From contig JBBTWV010000002.1 in NCBI GenBank assembly GCA_038062615.1, forward strand, positions 1 to 56,491: a stretch of 56,491 nt of DNA, read 5' to 3'. The first letter of the stretch is position 1. Each line of letters starts with the position of its first letter. This document shows, piece by piece, positions 1-9,203 of this stretch. The stretch comes from Patescibacteria group bacterium. Lineage in GTDB: Bacteria; Patescibacteriota; Gracilibacteria; UBA1369; UM-FILTER-53-11. The position numbers were made by a program, and so were the translations under genes. The notes below the pieces were generated by a model, which ran no database searches, was not told the origin of the DNA, and worked only from the letters and a program-made list of their open reading frames with translations.

Positions 1-63
1 CCTAACACCCATCAAAGGTGTTAGGACTGTTCCATCTGCTTTACATTACCCAGAGAATAGTAC

Positions 64-99
64 TTGACAGATATGCTAATTTATATTAGCATATCTGTC
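64..99 (+). promoter_or_regulatory. Putative promoter (TTGACA 64-69, 17-nt spacer, TAGCAT 87-92) overlapped by a perfect 15-bp inverted repeat (candidate operator)
   Basis: GACAGATATGCTAAT (66-80) and ATTAGCATATCTGTC (85-99) are exact reverse complements separated by 4 nt. The ATG of the 311-aa ORF lies 9 nt after the -10. Confidence 0.5.
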
Positions 100-101
100 T
101 T

Positions 102-1037
102 ATGCAAAATCTAGCATTACAACCAGGAGCAACAGTGGTTGAGCTCGATCCAGCTCTCTTTGCCGGAGTGGATGGCGATCGAGATAATTTTGATCTTGGT
201 GATTTTGGAGGGCAAGGAGATGATACCGGCGTGGTATTCGACTTACATTCTCCTGGAGAACACGAAGGAACGCCTCTGGTGGCCCATGATCTTGAAACAA
301 TTTTATCGGTATCTCAAATTTTGGATGGAATTAACGCAAGTCTTAATGAGCACCAAGAAGCCCTTCAGGGTGCTTATGCTCAAATGGGTGATGAACTTGG
401 AGTAAAAAGAGCTGAAGTTTTTGCAACTCAGCAATTGTCCGCGCTTCATACTGCCCTTTTGGACTTAAGAAGTTTTGTGCATAAGCTTATACAGGCGGCT
501 CAAGGAAGTCCGCAAGACTTAAGGCCTGGTTCGGCCATGGAATCTCTGGCGCATTTTCAATGTGAGGCCATGAAAATGTCTATTTTCTTAGGTAATAATG
601 GTGCCTCCATTCATCAAGAAGTTTTTAATCTTCCGGAACGTCTACTAAGGGCCGCGCATGAAACGGCTCAGTTACTGAGTGCAGAAAGGGATAATAATAT
701 AGTCATTAATGCGCGACAAGAATTTATTTTCTTTTTGCGGAATACATTCCAGCAATTGAGCAAAGTGGCACTTGCTATAGCGGAAGAACCCCGTATGACG
801 GGAGAAAAAGCCATAAGCATCAACCGCCAATGCGGTATTTTTGCTATGGCGATTATTGATATTTTGGGTGCCTCTCAACTCAGAGGACACGTAAACTTCA
901 TCCCCGAAGCTCATGTAGTCAATCTTAGAGTTGCCGCGGAAAATTTGTTACCGGAAACAAGGCCATGCCTTGAAATGGCAACCATCCTTGGAAAGATAGA
1001 AGCGGTTCAGCGTGCCATCCAAGTTGCCGTTTTCTAA
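102..1037 (+). CDS. Hypothetical protein, acidic N-terminus then helical; no recognisable domain
   Basis: 311-aa ORF with an ATG start and its own promoter-like sequence. It converges on and overlaps the dinG-like gene by 4 nt. Confidence 0.6.
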   Translation: MQNLALQPGATVVELDPALFAGVDGDRDNFDLGDFGGQGDDTGVVFDLHSPGEHEGTPLVAHDLETILSVSQILDGINASLNEHQEALQGAYAQMGDELGVKRAEVFATQQLSALHTALLDLRSFVHKLIQAAQGSPQDLRPGSAMESLAHFQCEAMKMSIFLGNNGASIHQEVFNLPERLLRAAHETAQLLSAERDNNIVINARQEFIFFLRNTFQQLSKVALAIAEEPRMTGEKAISINRQCGIFAMAIIDILGASQLRGHVNFIPEAHVVNLRVAAENLLPETRPCLEMATILGKIEAVQRAIQVAVF

Positions 1038-3349
1038 ATAAAGAATCTACCATACGTCCTGTTTTTCAGCCGGCTGTCTAAAAGGTAGCAGGTTTTTGGT
1101 GTGGAGCTACTGCCCAGTTCTGCTAGGATTTCACGGAACTTGGTGACGGCGCGGGGGAGCGTGTACTGCTCAAAGCCGTTATCAAAAAACTTACTGCGAG
1201 CGCTTAAAATGGGATCATCAGGCGGATCAAAGGGGATTTTTTGAAACACGATCACCTCGAGTTGGTCTTCCACCTCAGGCAGGTGCGGCAGAATTTGGTT
1301 GGTGCTGAGGAGGATGGAGTTTGCCGGATCTTCACAAAAGAGTGCCAAAGATTTTCCCATACCGCCGGATGGACCAATTCCGAGGAGTCGCACATCCAGT
1401 TTTTTCATTTTTGGCGAGAGTGCTTGATACACGGCCTCTACGGCTTTTTTGGAGCTCATAAGGAACAAACTTTTGCCGCGTTTCTGTTCGATAATTTCTA
1501 GAAAAAGTTTAATACAGCGCTTAAAATAGCCCTCGCTGTAGGGGTCCGGAAAATCCTTGGGGATGTGGGTTTGAAGGTTAGACGAGTCCGGCGCTGGCGT
1601 TTCTTTGATTTCTTTCCACGATGAATCAAGCTCTAGAATTTCGCGTATGAGGGCAAAACTTCCGTCGCCGCTTAAGGCAGGACTTTGCAGGACGATATTT
1701 TTAAAGGGCGCTGCGCACTGGTTCCATAATTTTCCAAGAGAAATGGGCGCCGCAGAAAGAGATACTTCATTGGCCCAAGAACTTACCCACTGCACGATAT
1801 TTTCTTGTGGAACGATGGCCGCCAGCAGTTCGTCTTTTTTAGGATGATTGGGGAAATTGGCGAGCGCATCTTGCACGCGTTGCCACGGCACTTCTCGGCG
1901 TGCGGCTTCCGTCAAAAGGGCGTTACCACGGAACCCGCCGCTGTCCACGGAAGAAAAATGCTCGTGAAAAATTCCTAAGAGTCCAAAAAAGAGGGAAGCG
2001 CGATCTCCAAAAATTGGCCGCAAGTCGCTTTCGGTAAAGCGTTTTTTGAGAGCGAAGGTGAGATTGTCTTCAAGCCGGCCGGCGTCTAAAACAATGAGCG
2101 AACGTGGTGTTGGCTCTGTCAGTTTCTCTGCTATTAGGCGTGCCAATCCAAAATGGTGGATGAGAATAATATCTTTGGAGCTGGAATCTTGCAGGGATTT
2201 TTTTACAAAATCGCCCGTGCCTTCGTGGTCCGCAAGCGCATCAAATTTCCCGTATTCCTCGCGCTCTAATGTCAGTTCACTGCGGTCACCCGTAGCGGTT
2301 TCGTCTTTCCAAAGCAGCAGTTTGAGGAGGAATGGAACATCTTCAGCTGGGATTTTCTTGGCGGCCAGCGCTTGTTCTAATTTTTCTGATGAAAGGTAGA
2401 ATTGAGATTCTTTGATCTCACCGATAGAAAGTCCTGCCGCCTGCCTGCCGGTAGGCATGGCCTTTGCCTGCTCCATAATTTGGGTACGCGTGCGCGGCGA
2501 ACTATAAGCAATAATAAGCGGATGATTTTTGAGTTCAGAAAAGGGGATTTGAGACGAGGATTCGAGGAGGATTTTTTCATTATTGAGGAAATTTTTTGTA
2601 ACTTCCTGCGGCCAATAAGGTTTCGCGCAGGCAAGTCCGGTGTGCCCACTCGGGGGCACGGCGTCCTTTGTCCCAGCGGCCAAAGGCGCCTGTGCCTCGG
2701 CTTTGCCAGTCCGCTTCGGCGGACACCATGCTGTCAAAGCCTGCGGCGCTCCCCCTCGGAGCACACACGGACTTGCCTGCGCTTCAAATACCTGTTTCCC
2801 AGCCCAATCACTTTTCGCCAAAATTACTTCCACTTCTTTCCACATTTTTTCCGGAATCTCGCCAATTTTCCCCAGCAAAAATTCAAAAAATTCTACGGTG
2901 GTTTCTGTATCTGCCATGGCACGATGCGAAGGCCTTACTTCCAGCCCGTGCTTTTTCATTAAAACTTCCAGTGCGTACGAGGCTTCTTTCCGCAGCAAAA
3001 TCCGCGCTAAAGAAACGGTGTCAATTTGCGCATTGGGTAAATCAAAATGGCCTCCTCTCAAAAATCCGATATCAAAGGCAATGTTGTGCCCAATAATCGG
3101 CAAATCGCCCATAAATGTCGCAAATTTTTCTTTCACCTCGCTCACCTTTGGCGCGTCCTTCACCATCTCATCGTCAATTCCTGTTAAAAGCTCAACCTCC
3201 TGCGGAATAAGCACCGGTGGCCTTACCAAGCTCTCCAGCCGATCAAGAATTTTCCCGTCCTTCCAAATAAGACAGGCGATTTCCAGGAGGTGATCACGAC
3301 TGGCGTCCAAGCCCGTAGTTTCTGTATCGAGAAATATAAATGGCCCCAT
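1034..3349 (-). CDS. dinG: DnaQ-type 3'-5' exonuclease fused to a DinG/Rad3-like helicase scaffold with degenerate ATPase motifs
   Basis: Exo motifs FLDTETTG, HNIAFDIGFL and HRAMADTETT are in the first ~170 aa. The C-terminus is helicase_C_2-like (VIVFQKIPFDPPDDP). Walker A is replaced by LLESSSQ and DEAH by LDAGR. Confidence 0.8.
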   Translation of the reverse strand: MGPFIFLDTETTGLDASRDHLLEIACLIWKDGKILDRLESLVRPPVLIPQEVELLTGIDDEMVKDAPKVSEVKEKFATFMGDLPIIGHNIAFDIGFLRGGHFDLPNAQIDTVSLARILLRKEASYALEVLMKKHGLEVRPSHRAMADTETTVEFFEFLLGKIGEIPEKMWKEVEVILAKSDWAGKQVFEAQASPCVLRGGAPQALTAWCPPKRTGKAEAQAPLAAGTKDAVPPSGHTGLACAKPYWPQEVTKNFLNNEKILLESSSQIPFSELKNHPLIIAYSSPRTRTQIMEQAKAMPTGRQAAGLSIGEIKESQFYLSSEKLEQALAAKKIPAEDVPFLLKLLLWKDETATGDRSELTLEREEYGKFDALADHEGTGDFVKKSLQDSSSKDIILIHHFGLARLIAEKLTEPTPRSLIVLDAGRLEDNLTFALKKRFTESDLRPIFGDRASLFFGLLGIFHEHFSSVDSGGFRGNALLTEAARREVPWQRVQDALANFPNHPKKDELLAAIVPQENIVQWVSSWANEVSLSAAPISLGKLWNQCAAPFKNIVLQSPALSGDGSFALIREILELDSSWKEIKETPAPDSSNLQTHIPKDFPDPYSEGYFKRCIKLFLEIIEQKRGKSLFLMSSKKAVEAVYQALSPKMKKLDVRLLGIGPSGGMGKSLALFCEDPANSILLSTNQILPHLPEVEDQLEVIVFQKIPFDPPDDPILSARSKFFDNGFEQYTLPRAVTKFREILAELGSSSTPKTCYLLDSRLKNRTYGRFFI
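2625..2782. repeat. 158-bp GC-rich palindromic element with perfect 15-bp terminal inverted repeats, embedded in the dinG-like ORF
   Basis: GCGCAGGCAAGTCCG (2625-2639) is the exact reverse complement of CGGACTTGCCTGCGC (2768-2782). The interior is an imperfect long hairpin that looks much more GC-rich than its flanks. The reading frame stays open. Confidence 0.7.
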
Positions 3350-3355
3350 AGACGA

Positions 3356-3382
3356 GAATCAAGAAGCAGGAATCAAGAAGCA
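3356..3382 (+). repeat. Purine-rich tandem direct repeat GAATCAAGAAGCA x2 (family E copy 1)
   Basis: GAATCAAGAAGCAG GAATCAAGAAGCA. It shares the exact 13-mer CAGGAATCAAGAA (3367-3379) with 41507-41519 on the opposite strand. Confidence 0.55.
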
Positions 3383-3432
3383 AAAATGCTTTCCCCCTCA
3401 GCATTATTCATGTAGAGTGAGGATACCTTTTT

Positions 3433-4959
3433 ATGCAAAAAATACCTAAACGACTTGTTTTACCACTCGTAGTACTTTTCATTTTGGCTTTTGGGTCACT
3501 GCCAATTTTGGCCCAGCTGACGGGCTTTATTGATGTTACGGCGGATCATCCCGATTATTCCGCCATCAGCTATTTGCGTGCACGAGGCATTATTAGCGGC
3601 TACGGCGATGGATCATTTAGACCTTCCGGCCAAATTAATCGTGCTGAATTTATAGCCATTGTGGTAAAAGCAAAAAGCGTAAACACAAATACAGGAACCT
3701 ATAAAAATTGTTTTCAAGATGTGAAACAGGAATGGTTTGCCGATGAAGTTTGCTATGCCAAAGCAAAAGGATGGGTCGTCGGCTATGGAAAAGTATTTTA
3801 TCCAGCACTGCCCGTATCGTATGCACAGGCAGCTGCCATCGCGGCCAAAGCTTTTGGTGGCAACGCTCTCAATATTAATAGAGGACAAGCCGCCCAACTG
3901 ATTTACGAAAACATGCCGAAGACAAATCTTCCTGTGCCACCTGCTGCCTATGTTCCTCCGCCCACACCGCCGGCTCCGGCACCAGTTCCGCCAGTTGTGG
4001 TTGTTCCTCCGCCACCACCTCCGGCTCCACCACCACCAGCTCCTGTCACTACATCGGGAGGTTTTCCTGCTCACGTTTTTGCACCGTACGTAGATGTTTT
4101 GCTTGGCGATTTTGATCAATTTAAATTAGCTCAAAATTCAGACAATATCGGTAAATATATGACATTGGCCTTCATTGTGAGCCGAGGTTGTGAAGCGCAC
4201 TGGGGTGGCATTCTCCCATTGAGCGCGGATACTCCACTTTATAATGATATTGCCGCCTTGCGTGCCAAAGGTGGAGACGTGATTATTTCTTTTGGTGGAG
4301 CCAATGGTATTGAACTCGCCCAAGCCTGCAGCACCGATGATGCACTGCTTGCTCAGTATCAAGCCGTGGTCACAAGGTACGCTCTCAAACGAATTGATTT
4401 TGATATTGAAGGTGCCGCCGTGGCAGATCCCACTTCTCGCGAACGCCGAAATCGCGTTTTAGTGAGACTTAAAGCCGCTAATCCGGGTCTCCAAATTCAA
4501 TACACCTTACCGGTTTTGCCAACGGGTCTTACTAACGGCGTAGCGCTTTTACAAGATGCCGCGGCCAAAGGTTTCGTTCCAGATATCGTGAATATTATGG
4601 CGATGGATTACGGAACCTACTTCTCTAACGACATGGGCAAAAACGCCACGGATGCTATTACCGCCACAGTGGCTCAGCTCAAAACTATTTTTACCGGCAA
4701 GACGGATGCTCAACTCAAAGCCATGGTTGGCGTGACACCGATGATCGGCGCCAATGATGTGGCTCCGGAAGTCTTTACTCTAGCGGATGCCACCACGCTC
4801 CTCAACTTTGCCAATCAAAATGGAACGGCCTTTATTGCTATGTGGTCCGCCAATCGCGATAAACAGTGTACGCAGTCTTGGGATGCGCTCTACTTGTGCA
4901 CCAAGATAACTCAGCAGCCATTTGATTTCGCCAAGGTCTTTAAGGCCTTTACGCAGTAG
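3433..4959 (+). CDS. Secreted SLH-domain protein with proline-rich linker and C-terminal GH18 (chitinase/endo-beta-N-acetylglucosaminidase-like) domain
   Basis: N-terminal signal/TM segment. SLH-like motif GIISGYGDGSFRPSGQINRAEF. A PPPPPAPPPP linker. GH18 catalytic DxDxE in RIDFDIEG, plus MAMDYG. Confidence 0.8.
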   Translation: MQKIPKRLVLPLVVLFILAFGSLPILAQLTGFIDVTADHPDYSAISYLRARGIISGYGDGSFRPSGQINRAEFIAIVVKAKSVNTNTGTYKNCFQDVKQEWFADEVCYAKAKGWVVGYGKVFYPALPVSYAQAAAIAAKAFGGNALNINRGQAAQLIYENMPKTNLPVPPAAYVPPPTPPAPAPVPPVVVVPPPPPPAPPPPAPVTTSGGFPAHVFAPYVDVLLGDFDQFKLAQNSDNIGKYMTLAFIVSRGCEAHWGGILPLSADTPLYNDIAALRAKGGDVIISFGGANGIELAQACSTDDALLAQYQAVVTRYALKRIDFDIEGAAVADPTSRERRNRVLVRLKAANPGLQIQYTLPVLPTGLTNGVALLQDAAAKGFVPDIVNIMAMDYGTYFSNDMGKNATDAITATVAQLKTIFTGKTDAQLKAMVGVTPMIGANDVAPEVFTLADATTLLNFANQNGTAFIAMWSANRDKQCTQSWDALYLCTKITQQPFDFAKVFKAFTQ

Positions 4960-4967
4960 GACGTATA

Positions 4968-4976
4968 TGGTATAAT
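4968..4976 (+). promoter_or_regulatory. Extended -10 promoter TGgTATAAT, 7 nt upstream of the ATG at 4984 (leaderless-type)
   Basis: TG at 4968-4969 and TATAAT at 4971-4976, then ATATAAA, then ATG. Confidence 0.45.
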
Positions 4977-4983
4977 ATATAAA

Positions 4984-5772
4984 ATGAAAATAAACAAAAA
5001 AATACTCATTCCGTTTTTTGCCGCCATACTTTTGGTCGCCTTTCTTGGCCGTTCCACGCTGTATAAAGGTTTTTTAAAAATCAATAATTTTGTAGAAATT
5101 CCAAAACTCCAGTACGGAACTCCTACTGTTCCTGAGAAAATCCCAGATCAGAATAAGAAACAACTGCTTCTCAGGCTTTTACCTCCGGATGGAAATCAGC
5201 CTTGCCAACTACAGCAGTGGTTCGATGCCCTGCCGCTTGCCATCACGGCCGTCGGTTCTGATATCAGGATTGAATCCATTGGATATAAACCTCGGTCGCT
5301 TTTTGACCGAGATGCATCCATCCCGATTACCATATCGTTAACTTGGCTCGTTGATAAAGTGAGCCTCTTTGCCAATGGCCAAGAAATTAAACCGCCTCAA
5401 CCGCTTGGAACTCCATTCGCCCAGACCACCGATGTTTATTTTGGTTCCATTCATCGAACTATTCCTTCTGGAAAAACAGAAATATGGCGCATGAAAGCCT
5501 ATTTGAATCCAAGGTTACCATGGTATATGCCACACGATATTTACTTTAACATCACCCAGGATATGCCATTGGTACATCCTGAGTATTTCGTCGCTTTTGA
5601 TGATGAGGGAAATAAAATTCTCCCCACGAGCGCTGATTATGGCGAGTATCCCGGCGATGAAGCCATGAATGACGGCCTCTTGAATCTTTATGAGAACGGA
5701 TTACGATCCACGCCTCCGGAAAATAGGCGCGATATGGAAGTTCAGTGCCATATTCCCTTTGCGAATAATTAA
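4984..5772 (+). CDS. Hypothetical membrane-anchored protein
   Basis: 262-aa ORF with an N-terminal hydrophobic helix (ILIPFFAAILLVAFL). No recognisable domain. Confidence 0.6.
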   Translation: MKINKKILIPFFAAILLVAFLGRSTLYKGFLKINNFVEIPKLQYGTPTVPEKIPDQNKKQLLLRLLPPDGNQPCQLQQWFDALPLAITAVGSDIRIESIGYKPRSLFDRDASIPITISLTWLVDKVSLFANGQEIKPPQPLGTPFAQTTDVYFGSIHRTIPSGKTEIWRMKAYLNPRLPWYMPHDIYFNITQDMPLVHPEYFVAFDDEGNKILPTSADYGEYPGDEAMNDGLLNLYENGLRSTPPENRRDMEVQCHIPFANN

Positions 5773-5782
5773 GCTCCCGCTC

Positions 5783-6730
5783 CTAGAACTTTACCTCTAA
5801 AAGCGCCACTTCTGGTGGCACCAAGAGCCTGGCTCGCGGCCCCATCTCTCCAGCGCCGCTGGTAATAAAGAGCTGCGTTTTTCCAAATGCAAAAAGTCCG
5901 CGGTCGTATTTTCTACCTAACTCATCGGGAATTGGTGGCACTGATCCAAGAAATGGCAGACGAATCTGCCCGCCATGCGTGTGTCCCGCTAGCACCAAAT
6001 CAATCTCTTCGCTTTGCGCCTGGATGACAAGATCCGGATTGTGAGTTACCAAGATGCTGGGGTGTGGAATTTTATTTAAATGAAAAGACTCCAATGCTTG
6101 TTCAATGTTGGCTCGTTTTGTCCAAAGTTCATCCGTTCCAAGCAAGAAAATATCCTTACTGCCTTTGTGAATTTTTACGCCTTCATTGATGAGGATTTTA
6201 ATTCCCATGGAAGTGAGCGTACTTCTCACGGTGCTGGCTCGTACATCTGCCGGTGCGCCAGTTACAACCTCGTGATCCCCATAATCATGATTTCCCATGA
6301 TCGCAAAAACTCCATACGGCGCCTGGAGTTTTTTGAGTGGCGCTAAATATTCCGTTTGATTCTGATTATCATAAACAAAATCACCGGCCAGTAAAATAAT
6401 ATCCGGCTTCAGCGAAAGCGTTTTGGCCACGACCTTCTCAATGTAGTCCGCTTTTTTATAAGGGCCAACGTGCAAATCGGAGATCAATGCCACGCTTAAT
6501 GTCTCCGTCGGAGCTGAGCCCAGTTTAATTTCTTCTCTGGCAACCAAAAGCAGACGCGGTTCAATAAAACTTCCATAAAAAATCACGAGCCACGCCAAGA
6601 GAGCAAGCACCAGCCAGCCTTTATAAAACCACAACCTTTGCCAGCCATCCCAGAACTGCAGGGCCACCAACATGCCAACCCCATCGGCTGTTAAAAACGC
6701 GATGATGAGGGCGTCAAATAAATAATTCAT
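5783..6730 (-). CDS. Membrane-anchored calcineurin-like metallophosphoesterase
   Basis: Two N-terminal TM helices followed by the motifs DLHVGP, GDFV, GNHD and GHTHGG. Confidence 0.8.
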   Translation of the reverse strand: MNYLFDALIIAFLTADGVGMLVALQFWDGWQRLWFYKGWLVLALLAWLVIFYGSFIEPRLLLVAREEIKLGSAPTETLSVALISDLHVGPYKKADYIEKVVAKTLSLKPDIILLAGDFVYDNQNQTEYLAPLKKLQAPYGVFAIMGNHDYGDHEVVTGAPADVRASTVRSTLTSMGIKILINEGVKIHKGSKDIFLLGTDELWTKRANIEQALESFHLNKIPHPSILVTHNPDLVIQAQSEEIDLVLAGHTHGGQIRLPFLGSVPPIPDELGRKYDRGLFAFGKTQLFITSGAGEMGPRARLLVPPEVALLEVKF

Positions 6731-9153
6731 GGAAGACGCAGAAGGTCACTGCCGCCGGGAAGCAATTTTTCAGAAAAATCGCCAAGCGATGTTGTCCCCT
6801 CAGCCTCTAAATCAACATCTTTTTCTATGGATCTTAGAATCATCACCGCTGCTTCACCGCGTGTCAGTTTATCGTTAGGATTAAAGGTGTTGGAGGTTTT
6901 TCCCTTCGTGATGCCATTATTGTAGCCATTGGCAACCGCGGCGCAGAACCAATCTTTTTCTGAAACATCATCAAATGGAACGTCGGCGCAGGAGGCTTCT
7001 TTGCGAGTTTGAGAAAGCGCTTTGGAGGCTTTATTTAAAATGGTTAAGGCTTCTGCGCGGGTAATTTGATCACCCGGACGGAAGATAACTTCACCGGTGT
7101 TTTTATCCACGCTTCCGGAGACAAACCCTGCGGCGTAGGCTTTGGCAACCGGTGAGTAGTACCATGCACCCTCTTGTACATCCACAAAAGGTACAGTTTT
7201 TGCCCCAAATTCAATGTCTACACCCAAATAACTGGAAGTATTTTTTTCAAAAGCCTTCACTACCATAGTGGTAAACTCCGCACGATTCACCAAGTTGCCC
7301 GGACGGAAGGTTCCATCGTCATAACCCTTAATGGCACCGCGCTGGTAGAGGAGAGAAGCTTCATCCGTATAGTAAGACCCTTCATCAACATCTTTAAAGA
7401 GTTGGCCTTTGCCCTTAGGGTTAGAGCCTTTTTGCAATTCCACTAAATCCGAAACGCCGTCTTTATCGCTATCGCCAACATTCACCGGCGTATGATAGAG
7501 GTATTCTTCATCGTAATCACTCACGTTATCATCATCGGTATCCTGTGATTTAAGGTTTTCAAGCAGGTCATCGTAACTTACATGTTTGGCATCATCTATT
7601 TTTACCGTTCCTTCCAGCATGGCTTCGGCTTGGCCGGCGCGTGCAACCAATAAAATGTCCTTCACGCCGTATATTTTTTCCAAAACGGAATAATAACCCT
7701 GATAAAAAGAAAGATCAGGGGCGTGCTGCGGGTCTTTTTGCTTTATCCAGTCGGTAAAATCGTCTACCAGCTTCCAGACGTTGCGCACATTCAAATAGAA
7801 AATCCCCGCGCTCTCTTTGGCTTCAACCGTAAAAGGCATACCCGTTCGCGCAGAAGCATTTTCGATATTTGGGTAGTTGGAGACAATCAGCATGCCGTCG
7901 GAAGTCACACCAAAGGCGAGGGTGATTTTGGCAAACGGCGGACCATCATAATTTTCCGTAACGGTTGGGTCAATTTTAATTTTGGTGATATCGCCTTCGG
8001 AGGTAATAGTAACCCACTCGCCGGAAATATTCTCTTTGGCCAGTTCGGCAAATTTGGCAACCTGTTTTTTGGCGGCCTCCCGGTTATTGTTCACGTTCGC
8101 CATGAAAGTGAAGTAGGGGAGAGGTGATTTTGAATCCGACTGCAGAGCAAAAGCCGATTCTTCATCCAGTAAGTCAAAAATTTCATCCAGATTTATTCCC
8201 GTTTCTTTTTTAAGCTCTGCAAAAATATCTAAATCACTCATGCCGGGAAAGCTTTCTTGTAACTGTTGACTCAACTGCTTGGATTGCGCGCGGTTGGCCT
8301 TGTAATTAAACGACTCGGCATAAGCGATAGGACTGGCATTCGGGAATTTTTTGTAAAGATTGGGCGTGAAACCTCCGCCAGGGTTAAACGAAAATCCTTT
8401 CGTCTGCATTTTGGCCAGATTGCCCGTCAGCTTAAAATTAAACTTATAGCCATCCGCTACTTCGGCCACGCTTCCACCTTCAAACTGGAACATCTCTAAA
8501 ATATCAAAGAGAACGGCTGCGCCTGGTTCGTTGAGGGTTTCATTTTGCATAAAAGGCCGAGCGAGCTTGATGAGTGCTTCAATGTCCGCTGTAAAGCTAA
8601 AAAGCCGCGGGGAGAGGTAGGATTTTACCATATTTTGATACCCCGAATTATTGCTCAGCGATGGTGACGCCTCCGCTTTGCCGTCCACAATATCGCCTAT
8701 TTTTTGAAGTTGCTGTTCCGTCTCTGAAAAAACAAGAAAATTACCGATTTTGGTAAAAACACCCGTGGAATCCTTGTAGATGTCCAGGGAGCCATATGTA
8801 CTTTTTTCTGAACCCTGTATAAATGTATTCCACTCCTCATCGCTTAATGCAAAAGCGGCAGAGGATCCGCTATCGGATATACCCACAAAAAAGCGCTCAC
8901 CACTCAAGATTTTATCGAGTACGATTTTGTTCTGCTCAACTTCATCTTCGGTCAGCCGAGCAGAAGGATTCTCCATCTTCTCTCTCAAAAAAGGCTCAAT
9001 CGCATTCTTAAGTTTTCCCGTGAGATTAAAATCAAGCGTAAGGAACTGATCGCCTGGAATAAAATCTTCCGGCGCCGTTATGGTAAAAGATTGAAGGGTC
9101 GCGGGAAAAAGAAGAACGGCGATGGTAACAAGCGCCAAAATTTTGCGTTTCAT
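6727..9153 (-). CDS. Large secreted protein with three C-terminal SLH-like repeats and an acidic calcium-binding-like repeat
   Basis: Signal peptide MKRKILALVTIAVLLFPATLQS. Three repeats with ...G(Y/F)..G.F(R/N)P...(L/I)(N/T)R(A/G)E(A/F). A DSDKDGVSD thrombospondin-type-3-like stretch. Confidence 0.75.
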   Translation of the reverse strand: MKRKILALVTIAVLLFPATLQSFTITAPEDFIPGDQFLTLDFNLTGKLKNAIEPFLREKMENPSARLTEDEVEQNKIVLDKILSGERFFVGISDSGSSAAFALSDEEWNTFIQGSEKSTYGSLDIYKDSTGVFTKIGNFLVFSETEQQLQKIGDIVDGKAEASPSLSNNSGYQNMVKSYLSPRLFSFTADIEALIKLARPFMQNETLNEPGAAVLFDILEMFQFEGGSVAEVADGYKFNFKLTGNLAKMQTKGFSFNPGGGFTPNLYKKFPNASPIAYAESFNYKANRAQSKQLSQQLQESFPGMSDLDIFAELKKETGINLDEIFDLLDEESAFALQSDSKSPLPYFTFMANVNNNREAAKKQVAKFAELAKENISGEWVTITSEGDITKIKIDPTVTENYDGPPFAKITLAFGVTSDGMLIVSNYPNIENASARTGMPFTVEAKESAGIFYLNVRNVWKLVDDFTDWIKQKDPQHAPDLSFYQGYYSVLEKIYGVKDILLVARAGQAEAMLEGTVKIDDAKHVSYDDLLENLKSQDTDDDNVSDYDEEYLYHTPVNVGDSDKDGVSDLVELQKGSNPKGKGQLFKDVDEGSYYTDEASLLYQRGAIKGYDDGTFRPGNLVNRAEFTTMVVKAFEKNTSSYLGVDIEFGAKTVPFVDVQEGAWYYSPVAKAYAAGFVSGSVDKNTGEVIFRPGDQITRAEALTILNKASKALSQTRKEASCADVPFDDVSEKDWFCAAVANGYNNGITKGKTSNTFNPNDKLTRGEAAVMILRSIEKDVDLEAEGTTSLGDFSEKLLPGGSDLLRLP

Positions 9154-9203
9154 AAAAGGGGAGCTTAAAGGCTAAACAGGGCCAAGTATACCACGAACAG
9201 GCC

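Noticed and set aside
1-25. Perfect 9-bp hairpin CCTAACACC-7 nt-GGTGTTAGG at the window edge, as a terminator or tRNA fragment
   Set aside because: No U-tract follows on either strand and no tRNA features are visible. It is truncated by the window start, so it cannot be interpreted.
2402-3293. Plus-strand ORFs (186, 217 and 142 aa) overlapping the GC-rich element in the dinG-like gene
   Set aside because: They are antisense to a gene with clear exonuclease and helicase-C homology. The open frames come from GC-rich, stop-poor sequence.
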